A DNA stretch of 64,000 nucleotides from a virus. The notes beneath the pieces were generated by a model. That model was given only the letters and a program-made list of their open reading frames with translations, made no database searches and was not told the DNA's origin. The position numbers and the translations under genes are program-made. Shown one piece after another: positions 1-10,027 of this stretch; within the stretch, counting starts at the first letter, position 1; each line of letters starts with the position of its first letter. Where the stretch lies: positions 18,961-82,960 of the IMG/VR virus record IMGVR_UViG_3300020200_000015; one strand, 5' to 3'.

Positions 1-157
1 CCTCAACCTCTCGCAACCAGTTCATTATGCGGTAGATGCCAGTACCCCTAACTTTGATTGAGTCGCACTCAATTAGATTCAGCCTACCTGAATCATCAGT
101 GTCGAAGACAGAGTATGCTGTAGCTGTGACGCTCTGATCAAGTGCCAAAACTTTCAC
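1..157 (-). CDS. ruvC: RuvC-like Holliday junction resolvase, N-terminal part (runs off the window)
   Basis: Not in the ORF track. Manual translation from GTG at 157 gives MKVLALDQSVTATAYSVFD..., matching the RuvC N-terminal strand-Asp motif. It overlaps the end of the upstream nuclease gene. Confidence 0.7.
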   Translation of the reverse strand, partial: MKVLALDQSVTATAYSVFDTDDSGRLNLIECDSIKVRGTGIYRIMNWLREVE

Positions 158-1226
158 TGATGATCATCCTCCCAATTCTACGCAGCCTGTTGGTGTCGTC
201 GCCGTAATTCCTGAGCGCCAGGTACTTCTCAAAATTACTCTCGATACCTGAATCAAGTTTGATATCAGGACTACGCTTGATCTCTTCCCTTACGATATCG
301 ACATTGATGGATGCAATCGAATGAGCGCCTGCATCCATAATAGTTTTGCGAATCGACTCTTCGTCAAACTTGCTTGACTGCGCTTCGCTCATCTTGATAT
401 TGACTTTAACGATAGCATCAACGATATCCACGACATTGTGAATATCAGTGCCTTTGCCAGTCGTCCAATCGATGTCAATCTGATGCATGTTGCGCGAGTT
501 GATTGCAGCGCACTTCATCGTCCTGTCGTGCGTGTCAACTAGAACAACACCCTTCACGTCGTTGCGCTCATTGAAATCTACAGGACTGATACTGCCAGGG
601 TAGAACGCAAGCGGGCTTTTGGATAGGATCTGCGGTTTGTGAAAGTGACCAGCGAAAACAAAGTCAACTGGCAAGTCCTTGAACTTGGTTGCCTTGTCAT
701 CTTTGATCTCAAATGGCTCGCAGCCGACAACGGCACCTTCAAGATGCGAGTGGCAGACTAGCGCAACGCGCATAGTGTCTGTCCTCAAGTCTTGAATCTG
801 AGGCTCTTCTGCATGGTAGGGGAAGAAGCAGACCTTGAGATTGTCAAAGTCTTCCCACACCGTTTGGTCATAGATCTTCACGTACAACCAATCTTGAACA
901 ACATCCATGAAGATTTTGAGCGCATGACTGGCTCCAATCTTCAATGTGTAGTCGTGGTTGCCGATGATAAACCTTGACTTGATCTTGCTATCTTCCAGCC
1001 TACGCAGGACGCGGTAGAAGATCCGCTGATCCTCAATCGTCGGCTTGCAAGTGTGGAAGATGTCGCCAGCGCAGATGTAGAGGTCAACCGACTCTTCGAT
1101 TGCTACATCGATTGAGCGCTGCAATGCGCGCTCGAAGTCCACTAGCCTGCTATTGCGATTGTCGGCATCAATCACTCCAAAGCTTGTGACGCCAATGTGC
1201 CAATCGCCAGTGACTAACACCTTCAT
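138..1226 (-). CDS. sbcD: SbcD/Mre11/gp47-like metallophosphoesterase DNA repair nuclease
   Basis: Motifs GDWHIG, GDIFH, GNHD, HSH, GHFH and YPGS. Confidence 0.9.
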   Translation of the reverse strand: MKVLVTGDWHIGVTSFGVIDADNRNSRLVDFERALQRSIDVAIEESVDLYICAGDIFHTCKPTIEDQRIFYRVLRRLEDSKIKSRFIIGNHDYTLKIGASHALKIFMDVVQDWLYVKIYDQTVWEDFDNLKVCFFPYHAEEPQIQDLRTDTMRVALVCHSHLEGAVVGCEPFEIKDDKATKFKDLPVDFVFAGHFHKPQILSKSPLAFYPGSISPVDFNERNDVKGVVLVDTHDRTMKCAAINSRNMHQIDIDWTTGKGTDIHNVVDIVDAIVKVNIKMSEAQSSKFDEESIRKTIMDAGAHSIASINVDIVREEIKRSPDIKLDSGIESNFEKYLALRNYGDDTNRLRRIGRMIISESFGT

Positions 1227-2347
1227 CTAGAGTCAAGCTGCTTGTTGATTACAATTGGGCCAGTGACAACCTTAGTAGCAACAGGCTCCGGCGCAGCCTT
1301 CAACTCTACCTGCTTGGCAGGAAGCGGCTTGCCTGCAACTGCATCAGTGAGCCTCTTGAGTAGAGCGCCATCAGCCTTGATGGAGTCTTCCAGGTCAGTT
1401 CGGCCCTTGTAGCTGTTGCCTTCAAACTTGACCCATGCACCGCTCTTAATGACAACACCATTCTCGATTGCTGAATCGATCAGAGCGGCAATGACGTTAA
1501 TGCCATTGGGGCCGATAATGAATTCAGCCCTACGCGCAAAAATTGGGAACAGCTTGCTCTTGACTGGAACAACTTGCGTTCTAATGCCAGCCTTCTCACC
1601 ATTCTCTTCGTAGTAGCCGATACGGTTAACCTTCAAGCGAAGCGAACAGAAAAACTTGAGAGCGCGACCGCCGGGCGTCGTAGTAGTCGGCCCATACATC
1701 ACTCCGATGTTGTCGCGCTCTTGATTGATAAACACGACGGTTGCACCACTCTTAGCAAGCTTGCTGAGCAAAGGAGGCAACGCTTGTGACAGCATTCGTG
1801 CCGTCATGCCCATTGCAGTAGATGACTCGAGGCCGTCCTTTTTGTCATCTTCGTAGACTTCGTAAGCCTGCTTCGGCACGAGGGCTGGCACGCTGTCGAT
1901 AACGATCAGCGTCTTGATCTTCTTGCCAAACTTAGCGCTAGCTTCGATAGTCGAATCGCAAATAGCACGCGCCGTCTCAAGAGCTTGTTCGCCGTAGTCA
2001 GGCTGGCTAAACAAAAGACTCTTGATATCAACTCCGATACGGCTGGCGTAATCGACATCGAGCGCGTGCTCGGCATCGATGAAGTACGTCATGTACCCAA
2101 GCTGCTGAGCATTCTTAATGAACGTCAGGGTCAGCGTAGTCTTGCCGCTGGCCTCAGGCCCAAAAATTTCAATGATGCGGCCCTCAGGCAACCCGCCGCA
2201 CAACACATCGTCGATGTTCGAGACACCGCTAGGGATGGCATCGAACTTCTGGACGCGGTTGTGCAGCGTGTAGATTACCTCAGGTCGCTTGAGCCTCGAG
2301 GAGAGATCACCGAAAATAAAATCGTAGATTTCTTGGTCGAGGCCCAT
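1223..2347 (-). CDS. recA: RecA recombinase (probable start MGLDQE at 2347)
   Basis: GGLPEGRIIEIFGPEASGKTT, FIDAEHALD, SQPDYGEQALE, VIDSVPAL, FINQER and TPGGRALKF. Confidence 0.95.
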   Translation of the reverse strand: MGLDQEIYDFIFGDLSSRLKRPEVIYTLHNRVQKFDAIPSGVSNIDDVLCGGLPEGRIIEIFGPEASGKTTLTLTFIKNAQQLGYMTYFIDAEHALDVDYASRIGVDIKSLLFSQPDYGEQALETARAICDSTIEASAKFGKKIKTLIVIDSVPALVPKQAYEVYEDDKKDGLESSTAMGMTARMLSQALPPLLSKLAKSGATVVFINQERDNIGVMYGPTTTTPGGRALKFFCSLRLKVNRIGYYEENGEKAGIRTQVVPVKSKLFPIFARRAEFIIGPNGINVIAALIDSAIENGVVIKSGAWVKFEGNSYKGRTDLEDSIKADGALLKRLTDAVAGKPLPAKQVELKAAPEPVATKVVTGPIVINKQLDSR

Positions 2348-2352
2348 AGCAA

Positions 2353-3378
2353 TCAGCTCTTGGCCGGGTGGACGAACACCTTGCCGCAACTGTGACACTG
2401 AATGTCACGCCCGTCCTCCATGCTGATGATCATGTCAGCACCACAGCTATCGCAGGGCACTGAGATGTCAACAGCCGGGTCCGTAGCACGCGGCGCAGTA
2501 GACTGGTACGTCGCTTGGGCAGGCTTGATCTGCAACTTAGCGACCGCTGGCGCGGGTGCCGGTGCCTGTGCAGGCTGCATACGCTGCTGCGGCTGCATAC
2601 GGGGCGGCTGGGCTGGCGGCGGCGCAACAGCCGGCGCACGCTGCTGCATCTGCACGGGGCCAGCGGCACGCGGGGCGTTGATGTTAGCGGCAGGCTTCGT
2701 CTCCTGCTTGACGCTAGCACCGCCCAAGATGAAATCGGCTGCAACCTGCCGCTCCGACATCGGGCTAATGCGCGCAATGTCCTCAAGAGGCCACTGCTTG
2801 TACGCAAGCTCTTCAGGCGTCAGCGCATCGGTGATGCCGGTGAACTGCGCGCCGTACTGCGTCTGCATACCCGTGCCAACCTTGGTCAGCATGATGTCAA
2901 ACGTATTCGGGTCATGCGATTGGCCGGTCGCCTTACGCATACGAACCACGTTGCCGATGTTCTTGAAGAGCTGCGAACCAATGCTAAAGCCCTTCGGCGT
3001 TTGCGTCAAGATGCTGCAAACACGCGACTGCGAGTGCTGCGACTTACCAATCGGACTACGGTCCAGAACATTGAAGAAGAACTTTTCCTTCGCACGGATA
3101 TCCTTGGCAAGCTGCTGCTGAACCGGGTCGTCGCCCACAGCAAGCTGCTGAGCGGCGCGGCAGATGGGGCAATCACTCTCTGGCCCCTCGCATATGTACG
3201 GTCTTGCACCGCTCGGCATGTTCACGAAGTGCTCCCACGCCGATGTGAAATTGCCGATGAGGCGAACAACAACACCCTGCGTGACTACGAGCTTCGGAAT
3301 ATCGCCGAACTCAAGCCCGCTATTGGCAGCAATGGCTTCTTGCCGCTGCTCGAAACGATCCATATCCATCTGGCCCAT
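2353..3378 (-). CDS. gp32-like single-stranded DNA-binding protein with Pro/Ala/Gln linker and C-terminal Zn ribbon
   Basis: H...C-x6-CPIC, FFFNVLDR and DIMLTKVGTGMQTQY resemble phage gp32-type SSBs. It sits beside recA and ends in CDSC...CHSC. Confidence 0.65.
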   Translation of the reverse strand: MGQMDMDRFEQRQEAIAANSGLEFGDIPKLVVTQGVVVRLIGNFTSAWEHFVNMPSGARPYICEGPESDCPICRAAQQLAVGDDPVQQQLAKDIRAKEKFFFNVLDRSPIGKSQHSQSRVCSILTQTPKGFSIGSQLFKNIGNVVRMRKATGQSHDPNTFDIMLTKVGTGMQTQYGAQFTGITDALTPEELAYKQWPLEDIARISPMSERQVAADFILGGASVKQETKPAANINAPRAAGPVQMQQRAPAVAPPPAQPPRMQPQQRMQPAQAPAPAPAVAKLQIKPAQATYQSTAPRATDPAVDISVPCDSCGADMIISMEDGRDIQCHSCGKVFVHPAKS

Positions 3379-3398
3379 GTCTGGTAGTACCTTCGACT

Positions 3399-4019
3399 CT
3401 AAGAGTCTAACGCTTGGTGACTTTGGCCGTCGCCTTGGCCCCGCATCGCTTGATGCAGAATAGCCTTGGCGGCTTGTGTCTTACCATGAGGACTCATCCG
3501 ATCCTGCAATGGCACTCCTGCTGCAAAGAACAATTCGCTCCGCATGTTACCGCAGAGCGTTTGAAGCATGTTGGCTTGCTTCTCTAGTACCTTTACGAAT
3601 CCCTTAAGCGTATCAACACGGCTTTTTTGAGTCTCAATTCCGAAAAGACGGGTTTGCTTCTCTTCGCCGTGCAGCTGAGCCAGCCGTGCCTCAACCGTAG
3701 CTTGTGCTGGCGCTCTACCGGCACCGGCAGCTTCTTCGCGCAGCACTCTGAAAACCTTGTTGAAGTTCTCATTGTGCCACTGCTCATAGTCGTGAGTCAT
3801 CACGTTGAGCTTATTCGTCTCGATCTCTTGAATCGTGATCGCCCAAGCGAAGTGCTGGGAAAATTGCGTCAGTGATACATTGATCATCTCTGGATCAAGC
3901 TCACCTTGATCATTTGTGATCTGAAGGATCTTGATGATCTCGTTGTACTTGTTACGTGCCCATTGCTCAAAGCTGAGGTTTGGGTCATCATCCTTTGCAA
4001 CTAGCTTAATATGGTTCAT
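3399..4019 (-). CDS. Coiled-coil protein, possible UvsY-like recombination mediator
   Basis: Helical heptad pattern and position beside SSB/RecA; the call is mainly contextual. Confidence 0.35.
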   Translation of the reverse strand: MNHIKLVAKDDDPNLSFEQWARNKYNEIIKILQITNDQGELDPEMINVSLTQFSQHFAWAITIQEIETNKLNVMTHDYEQWHNENFNKVFRVLREEAAGAGRAPAQATVEARLAQLHGEEKQTRLFGIETQKSRVDTLKGFVKVLEKQANMLQTLCGNMRSELFFAAGVPLQDRMSPHGKTQAAKAILHQAMRGQGDGQSHQALDS

Positions 4020-6178
4020 CTGTTTTCCCTCAGAACAACAACATCTGTCATGGCATAGCTACCCTTTTCAGTCCTGCGACCGAAGGCTTGGATAACGCTA
4101 CCGACCTTGACGCGATGCTTAGACTTAGGCCAATCGCTCGGCCAAACAATCACATCCATCTCACCATCAGCAGTTAGCAGCGAGACGAATGCCATCATAC
4201 CGCTCTTAGCCTGGTGCTCCTTGACCCTAGATACCATGCCGCCAACCATGGCACATGTAGGTTGTTTCGCCGACTCTGGCGTAATGCATTTCGCAAGCTG
4301 CTCTTTGAAATGAGCAAGCGGATTATGCACCAGGTAGAAACCAAGCACATCTTTCTCTTTAGTGGCAAGCTCTCCGAGAGTTACCTCATCGTGCACGCTC
4401 GACTTGCACAGGTGCTTGGCAATGCTAGCTCTATCGCCGAAGCAATCGAGCGCGCCGCCAAACACGAGGCCGCTGATCTGGTTGGCGTTTAGCTTCACTC
4501 GACCAATGAATTCGTACTCATCAGAATACGGACGACGCTCAATAATCTGCTTGGACTTGCTGCCAACATGCTTGATGCACTCAAGCCCCATACGGATAGC
4601 GCCATCTTCGATCGAATAGCTCTCGGCGCTCTTGTTGACATCTGGCTGAAGAATCTTAATGCCAAGCCGATCACACTCTTTGATGTAGATCTCTTTGCTC
4701 TTGGTTTGCAATGCGCTGCACATGAATTGCAGCGGGTAATGCTGCTTCATGAACATGTCAGCGTATGCAATGTAGCCATAGCATACAGCGTGACTCTTGT
4801 TGAAGATGTACTTCTGGCAGGCAAGGATCTTATCCCACAGAGCCTCGACTGCCATCTCCTCAAAGCCCTTGGCAATGCAGCCAGCCTTGAAGTCATCGTA
4901 CACTTCTGACAGACCCTTATTGCTGCTGTTCGCAGTCTTGGCGATGATCTTTCTCACCTTGTCAGACTTGGCCATGCTAAAGCCTGCAATGTCAACGCAA
5001 ATTCGCATGACCTGCTCTTGGTAGAGAATGACGCCGTGCGTGTCCGATAGGATAGGCTCAAGCTCCGGCACAATGTAGCGCGCACTACCCTCATTGCGGG
5101 CAGTGATAAACTGGCTCACATCAAGTCCAGGGCGAATTAGAGCGTTGACAGCAGCAACATCACGAAATTGAATATCACTCAGACTCTGCAGAATGCTAAC
5201 CGACTTAAGCTCTTCAAACTGAAAGACTGCAACGGTTTCGCCTCGTTCGAATCCCTTGAGCGTATCCTTGTCGTCAAGTGGCAAGTTGTAGAAATCAATC
5301 TCGCTGCCAACCATCTTGATTGCGCGGCTGATGATTGAAAGATTATCGACAGTCAAGATGTCAAGCTTGACATAGCCAAGGCTATCAAGCTCTTCACCAT
5401 CCCATCCGGTAGCTAGCTGTCCGGTTACGGCAGCTTCGCCGGGTGGTCGCTGCATAGGTATCTCAGCGCCCATAGGGCCACGAGACAAAATCACAGCGCT
5501 TGGGTGGGTCGTTAGCTGGCGAACAAAACCTTGCAGAGACCTGGCGTAGAGGAAGAGTTCTGGGTACTTGTCCTCGTAATCCTTCAACGATGGCGACTCT
5601 TCAAACGCCTCATCGAATGTCTTAGCGTCTCCGATCAGCTTGGTGATTACCTTCACCTCGTTGAACTCGAGCTGATACACCTGCGACAGCTCATCAATCG
5701 CACTCCTCGGCTTGTAGATCGATGGCACGCCAACCTTGGCAATGCGATTGAGACCGTACTTGCCACGCAAGTAATCAATCACCGCATCACGGTCGCTAAA
5801 GTCAGTGTCAATATCTGGCAAGCTGATGCGCTCTGGATTCAAGAAGCGCTCGAAGATCAACCCAAACTTCAACGGATCGATCGTCGTAATGCCTGACAAG
5901 AAGACAACTAGGCTACCGGCAGCCGAGCCTCTACCTGGGCCAACTACGATCGCATTCAGCTTCGCCCAACGAATGTAGTCGGCGATGATCAGAATTACGC
6001 TCGAGTACCCACTGTTATTAAATACCTTGATTTCGTGCTCAAGACGCCGATAGTATTCAATCGGCGGAGCGAAGTACTTGCCCGACTTGATATAGCTCTG
6101 CAGATTCTCTCTGCAGAGATTGTAGAGACGCTGATTATCAGTTACGGCAACGGTGCCTGCTTCGTTGTCCCTAGACAT
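4016..6178 (-). CDS. dnaE: DNA polymerase III alpha subunit, catalytic/HhH/OB part lacking the PHP domain
   Basis: GPGRGSAAGSLV, FERFLNPERISLPDIDTDF, KLDIL, LYQEQVM, FNKSHA and a C-terminal OB fold (MAFVSL). Confidence 0.95.
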   Translation of the reverse strand: MSRDNEAGTVAVTDNQRLYNLCRENLQSYIKSGKYFAPPIEYYRRLEHEIKVFNNSGYSSVILIIADYIRWAKLNAIVVGPGRGSAAGSLVVFLSGITTIDPLKFGLIFERFLNPERISLPDIDTDFSDRDAVIDYLRGKYGLNRIAKVGVPSIYKPRSAIDELSQVYQLEFNEVKVITKLIGDAKTFDEAFEESPSLKDYEDKYPELFLYARSLQGFVRQLTTHPSAVILSRGPMGAEIPMQRPPGEAAVTGQLATGWDGEELDSLGYVKLDILTVDNLSIISRAIKMVGSEIDFYNLPLDDKDTLKGFERGETVAVFQFEELKSVSILQSLSDIQFRDVAAVNALIRPGLDVSQFITARNEGSARYIVPELEPILSDTHGVILYQEQVMRICVDIAGFSMAKSDKVRKIIAKTANSSNKGLSEVYDDFKAGCIAKGFEEMAVEALWDKILACQKYIFNKSHAVCYGYIAYADMFMKQHYPLQFMCSALQTKSKEIYIKECDRLGIKILQPDVNKSAESYSIEDGAIRMGLECIKHVGSKSKQIIERRPYSDEYEFIGRVKLNANQISGLVFGGALDCFGDRASIAKHLCKSSVHDEVTLGELATKEKDVLGFYLVHNPLAHFKEQLAKCITPESAKQPTCAMVGGMVSRVKEHQAKSGMMAFVSLLTADGEMDVIVWPSDWPKSKHRVKVGSVIQAFGRRTEKGSYAMTDVVVLRENR

Positions 6179-6726
6179 GCAGAGTACTTACCCGATTCGC
6201 CGTCGTAGATGAACAAACCTGCGGCAACACATTGCGTGAGCACCTCATAGATTACAAGCAGATCATTCGGCTTGAGGGATGAAATGGTATTGAGTTCTTG
6301 GACGAGTCCAGCGATAGTCATGTCATCTTTGCTAGCAACTGCATCATAGATGACATAGCTCATCGAGCCACTTCTGTACGGGTTGCCTGTGCGCTTGAAC
6401 TCGTGTGCCCAACGCCAAGGCAGCGAGCTTTTGATGTAGTCGGGAAGCTCGACATCATCAATCTCTTTCTTCTCGATCGCTACGTTCTTAGGAATCGACC
6501 TAACGGCGTCAAAATGCTCTCGCTCTTTCGCAGATACGAAAGAGGAGATGTCAAGCTTACCGACAGGCTCTGGCTCAGGCTGCTTGACATCACGCTCAAA
6601 GTCAACCGAGTAAACGATGTGGCACTTCTTGCAGACAGCCTCATCTTTGCCTTGGTAGAAAACGCTAGCAGTCGAATCGCAAGCTGAGCAGTCGCCTACA
6701 ACGTCACCAATCTTAAGGTGTTCCAT
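6142..6726 (-). CDS. Hypothetical protein with N-terminal Zn ribbon
   Basis: CSAC...CKKC; tightly packed within the operon. Confidence 0.6.
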   Translation of the reverse strand: MEHLKIGDVVGDCSACDSTASVFYQGKDEAVCKKCHIVYSVDFERDVKQPEPEPVGKLDISSFVSAKEREHFDAVRSIPKNVAIEKKEIDDVELPDYIKSSLPWRWAHEFKRTGNPYRSGSMSYVIYDAVASKDDMTIAGLVQELNTISSLKPNDLLVIYEVLTQCVAAGLFIYDGESGKYSACLGTTKQAPLP

Positions 6727-6976
6727 CGTTCAGATAGTCGATAAGCGGGCTGATCTTCCCTTCTTCATTCTTGGCAGCAGTCTTCTTGCTACGCTCAAGA
6801 GCTACCAAGTCAATGCTTCCAAACGACACGCCGCCTTTTGAGCTGGCAGCTACCGCAAGGTTTGACTTGCCCTCAGCAATGCTGAGGAGCTTGTCGCCAA
6901 CATTCGTAGTCTGCTTACGTGAGACGACCTTGATTGGGTCGCGCACGTTTTTGTCGTCTTCGAATAGCCCGGTCAC
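6713..6976 (-). CDS. Hypothetical protein (probable GTG start overlapping the clamp stop codon)
   Basis: GTGA start/stop overlap; fills the gap between neighbouring genes. Confidence 0.5.
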   Translation of the reverse strand: MTGLFEDDKNVRDPIKVVSRKQTTNVGDKLLSIAEGKSNLAVAASSKGGVSFGSIDLVALERSKKTAAKNEEGKISPLIDYLNDGTP

Positions 6977-8094
6977 TGCTGGATGCAGGTGATCAAGTAG
7001 GTAAAGCCTTCCTCTTCGATCCAAAGCTTGCCGTCGCTTTGCACATTGCATACGACAGAATCGGGGCTTTGAGTAACAATCGCGCCGTCAAGGAAGTTGT
7101 TTACCTGATACGAATACTTGGCGATAACGCCGTCGCCCATGTCTTCGAGATCACCTGGCATCTTGAAGGAGCTAGCAGTGATGGTCTCACTGCCCTCAGC
7201 ACGATTGCTGATCGACAAGTGCAGCTCAACCTTGTCGTCCTTCTTAGTAATCTCGATGTTGAGCGACTTGTAGACTTGATCGGTCAAGATCATCAATCGA
7301 TTGATGACGCCGATGAATTCTTGCTTAGGAATCGTGATGAGAACTCCCTGCTGCTTGGTTGACAAGAAGTTCTTGTATGGGACAAACTTGGCATCAATCA
7401 GTCGCACACTAGCGATGAGGTTGATATCCTCACAAATGATGACAACCTGCTTGGCGTTCGTACTGAGGCCAAGAGTTACGTCGCCATGACAATACTCAAG
7501 AATGCCGCCGAACAACGGCATCAGCAAGATAGAGTCGCCCGTGTAGGCAATCGGCGTATTGGCAACACTCAGACGCCGATTGTCAGTAGCGGCAAAGTTG
7601 CCATCGAAGTTCACACCCTGGTAGCTGATCTTCGTCACATCCTTGCTGACGGCAACAACAGCCTTTGCCCAGGGATGTTGAAGTGCAGAGGCGTCACAGC
7701 GACCAATCACATTATGCGCATAATCGTTGACCGGGAACTCCGAGGGGTCAGCGTAGCGCGGAAGCTCGTACTTGCCGTTTGTGACGACGACAATCGGGCC
7801 GTTGATCTTATCTTGGCGAATGTCAACGTCTGCTGTTGTGCTAGCCTTCAAGATAGCAGACAGCAGACGGTACTCAACGAGGAAGTGCTCTGGGAAATCG
7901 TCAACGTTAGCGAGTGCAAGGTCGCCATAATCGACAGTCAAGAAAGCGTTGAAGTCAGTTGTACTAACAAGCAAACGCCTCGTCTCACGATTCAGACGAA
8001 ACTGCACATAATCGGCAACCTTCATGATTTTGTTGCCAACCGCAGTCCCCAAGATATTGAGAATGCCAACCAGACGATCTCTATTCAGAATCAC
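6973..8094 (-). CDS. dnaN: DNA polymerase III beta sliding clamp-like protein
   Basis: 373 aa with STTD, SEFP, AATDNRRLS and RLIDAKFVPYK motifs typical of beta clamps; lies between the two dnaE halves. Confidence 0.8.
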   Translation of the reverse strand: MILNRDRLVGILNILGTAVGNKIMKVADYVQFRLNRETRRLLVSTTDFNAFLTVDYGDLALANVDDFPEHFLVEYRLLSAILKASTTADVDIRQDKINGPIVVVTNGKYELPRYADPSEFPVNDYAHNVIGRCDASALQHPWAKAVVAVSKDVTKISYQGVNFDGNFAATDNRRLSVANTPIAYTGDSILLMPLFGGILEYCHGDVTLGLSTNAKQVVIICEDINLIASVRLIDAKFVPYKNFLSTKQQGVLITIPKQEFIGVINRLMILTDQVYKSLNIEITKKDDKVELHLSISNRAEGSETITASSFKMPGDLEDMGDGVIAKYSYQVNNFLDGAIVTQSPDSVVCNVQSDGKLWIEEEGFTYLITCIQQ

Positions 8095-8375
8095 GACGCA
8101 GGTTCCTTCTTATCGGTTTGTGAATCAGATGACGCCTTCCTAGCCGCATTGGGATCGTAACCAATTTCCTTCAGCACCATCTCAGACCCAATGAGCAGAA
8201 TAGTCTCATTTGCGTCCTTCATAGCGGCGGCACCGAACACCTTTGCCCAAGGAATTGTCACAGACTTGTGACGCCTCTTCACCTTGAAGGTGATACCACC
8301 CGGAGTCACTGTCACGGTGACGCCCGGATAGCCAGTCAACTCTCTCACAAGCGGCTTGCTCAGGACCGTACCCAT
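8091..8375 (-). CDS. Hypothetical protein
   Basis: Minus-strand ORF whose stop overlaps the clamp start. Confidence 0.55.
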   Translation of the reverse strand: MGTVLSKPLVRELTGYPGVTVTVTPGGITFKVKRRHKSVTIPWAKVFGAAAMKDANETILLIGSEMVLKEIGYDPNAARKASSDSQTDKKEPAS

Positions 8376-8802
8376 ACTTTTCCTTCAGTAAATCGATGTA
8401 GCTTGCAGGAATCTTCTCACCGCCTGGAAGCAAACGCTGCTTCCACTGCTGTATGAGCCATGCCAAATCTTCGGCAATCTCATCATCAGTTGGCGGTAGC
8501 CATTCAGCAAGAGGTCTACTCTTGACCTGAACTAGCCTATCAGCCAGCTTACCGGGTTTGTATCCTCGTCTAAGTAATTCCGAGGTGGCTTTTGCATGGG
8601 ACCACTTGAGAAACGACGGATGATACATGTAGACTGGAACGAGCGGGTCATCCCAGTCTGGATTCGGGATGTCATTATGTACGTCGTGAATGATGCCAAG
8701 CAGCCGAATAGTCATCAACCTGAACGAGAGCAGTTGCCTCGTTGCCAGATAGACATACGGCACGCGCACGAAGCGCACTGCTGGCCAATCACCCCAAGCC
8801 AT
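8206..8802 (-). CDS. Hypothetical protein, possibly pyrimidine-dimer glycosylase (DenV/Pyr_excise)-like
   Basis: YLATRQLL...PLV..YMYHPSFL..H....ELLRRGYKP resembles that family. The 3' end overlaps the next ORF by about 170 nt. Confidence 0.4.
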   Translation of the reverse strand: MAWGDWPAVRFVRVPYVYLATRQLLSFRLMTIRLLGIIHDVHNDIPNPDWDDPLVPVYMYHPSFLKWSHAKATSELLRRGYKPGKLADRLVQVKSRPLAEWLPPTDDEIAEDLAWLIQQWKQRLLPGGEKIPASYIDLLKEKYGYGPEQAACERVDWLSGRHRDSDSGWYHLQGEEASQVCDNSLGKGVRCRRYEGRK

Positions 8803-9155
8803 TACGTAACTTTCCAGATGCCGTCGGGACGCATCCTACATATTGCAAGTACTTGATATAGGGCAGTCTTCACGTTGCCATCGGTTGAATCCCAATAGCT
8901 GATGCCCATCTCATTCCCAAGCTGGGCGATAGCTTTCTCTAGAATCGGGATAGCGTTGGCGGCAAGGGAACCATCAAGCGCTTTGATACCACCATTGATG
9001 ACTTTGTACAAACGATCAGCGTAGTTGTACGTCATTGCGAGGCCGAGCTGCGTCGTGCCGCCGACAGCATAAATTGATCCTCGCATGAAGTGCTTTTCTT
9101 CAGAATGCAAGACTCTACCAGTCACAGGGTGACACAGGTCGAGGTCGTAGCTCAT
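8802..9155 (-). CDS. Conserved phage hypothetical protein
   Basis: MSYD...TYNY...YWD.T.GN...AL...RPDGIW pattern; abuts both neighbours. Confidence 0.65.
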   Translation of the reverse strand: MSYDLDLCHPVTGRVLHSEEKHFMRGSIYAVGGTTQLGLAMTYNYADRLYKVINGGIKALDGSLAANAIPILEKAIAQLGNEMGISYWDSTDGNVKTALYQVLAICRMRPDGIWKVT

Positions 9156-10024
9156 TATTCTTTGAATGATGGCACCTTAGTGCCTTGACGAAGATCAAAA
9201 GATTCAACAACATTGGCAACTTCGCCAGTTCGCCAGACAGCCTCTTGCAGTTCGACGCTGTTGACGAAATAGCCGTCACCATGAAGAAGGTCAAACGCAG
9301 CGCACACCTCATCTTCAGACATGATGTGGCGGTCGCCACGAAACGGGAACTCCCAATACGGGTTGCGTGAATTCTTAGCCGCTAGGTAGCGCTCGAAGAA
9401 GTCACGATCCGATACGGTAGCATAATGTGGATCAACTGTGGCTACCAACTTGATGGCATCGTTAGTCTTTGCCTCAGTTAGCAACGCAGCGTTGTACACG
9501 CGCTGCGACTCAGTTTGGCTTGGTTGAACCTCCCAATAGAGGTTATCACCGTACAACTCGCTCAGTTCAGCGTAGCAAGTAGCTATGCCGTTCATGCCAG
9601 CGGCAAAGAATCTTGCCGCAGCCCATCCCTTGATGTCCGACGTTAGGCAGATGATGCCCTCATTGAACTTGGCAAGTGCAGCCATATCCACGCGAGGATG
9701 GTAATAGAAGTACATTGAGCCAATAGTGGCAAGCTTAGTCAGGTTACTAAGCCCGACACTATTCTTCGCCAAAAGCACCAGCGTACTAGACTGCTGCTGC
9801 TTCAGCGATTTGTCCTGCGCTACATTGACTTCCATGCCGAAGATCGGCTTGACGCCGGTCTTCTTGCACGCATTATAGAGTTGAATAACGCCGCTCAACG
9901 TGCCGTTATCGGTCACGCAAGCGGCGCTACCGCCCAACTCCAGGACGCGCTCAACCAGCCGAGATGGCTTTATGAGAGATCTTCCTACCGACCTGTCAGT
10001 GTGACAATGTAGGTGGACAAACAT
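9155..10024 (-). CDS. dnaE: Stand-alone PHP domain of DNA polymerase III alpha (N-terminal half of the split DnaE)
   Basis: FVHLHCHT, TDNG, KPIFGME, LLAKN..GL.NL.KL, YYHPRVD and DPHY; it ends where the 4016..6178 protein begins in canonical DnaE. Confidence 0.9.
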   Translation of the reverse strand: MFVHLHCHTDRSVGRSLIKPSRLVERVLELGGSAACVTDNGTLSGVIQLYNACKKTGVKPIFGMEVNVAQDKSLKQQQSSTLVLLAKNSVGLSNLTKLATIGSMYFYYHPRVDMAALAKFNEGIICLTSDIKGWAAARFFAAGMNGIATCYAELSELYGDNLYWEVQPSQTESQRVYNAALLTEAKTNDAIKLVATVDPHYATVSDRDFFERYLAAKNSRNPYWEFPFRGDRHIMSEDEVCAAFDLLHGDGYFVNSVELQEAVWRTGEVANVVESFDLRQGTKVPSFKE

Positions 10025-10027
10025 CTC

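Noticed and set aside
4016-10024. Split intein in DnaE
   Set aside because: There is no Cys-initiated intein N-fragment and no His-Asn C-fragment at the junctions.
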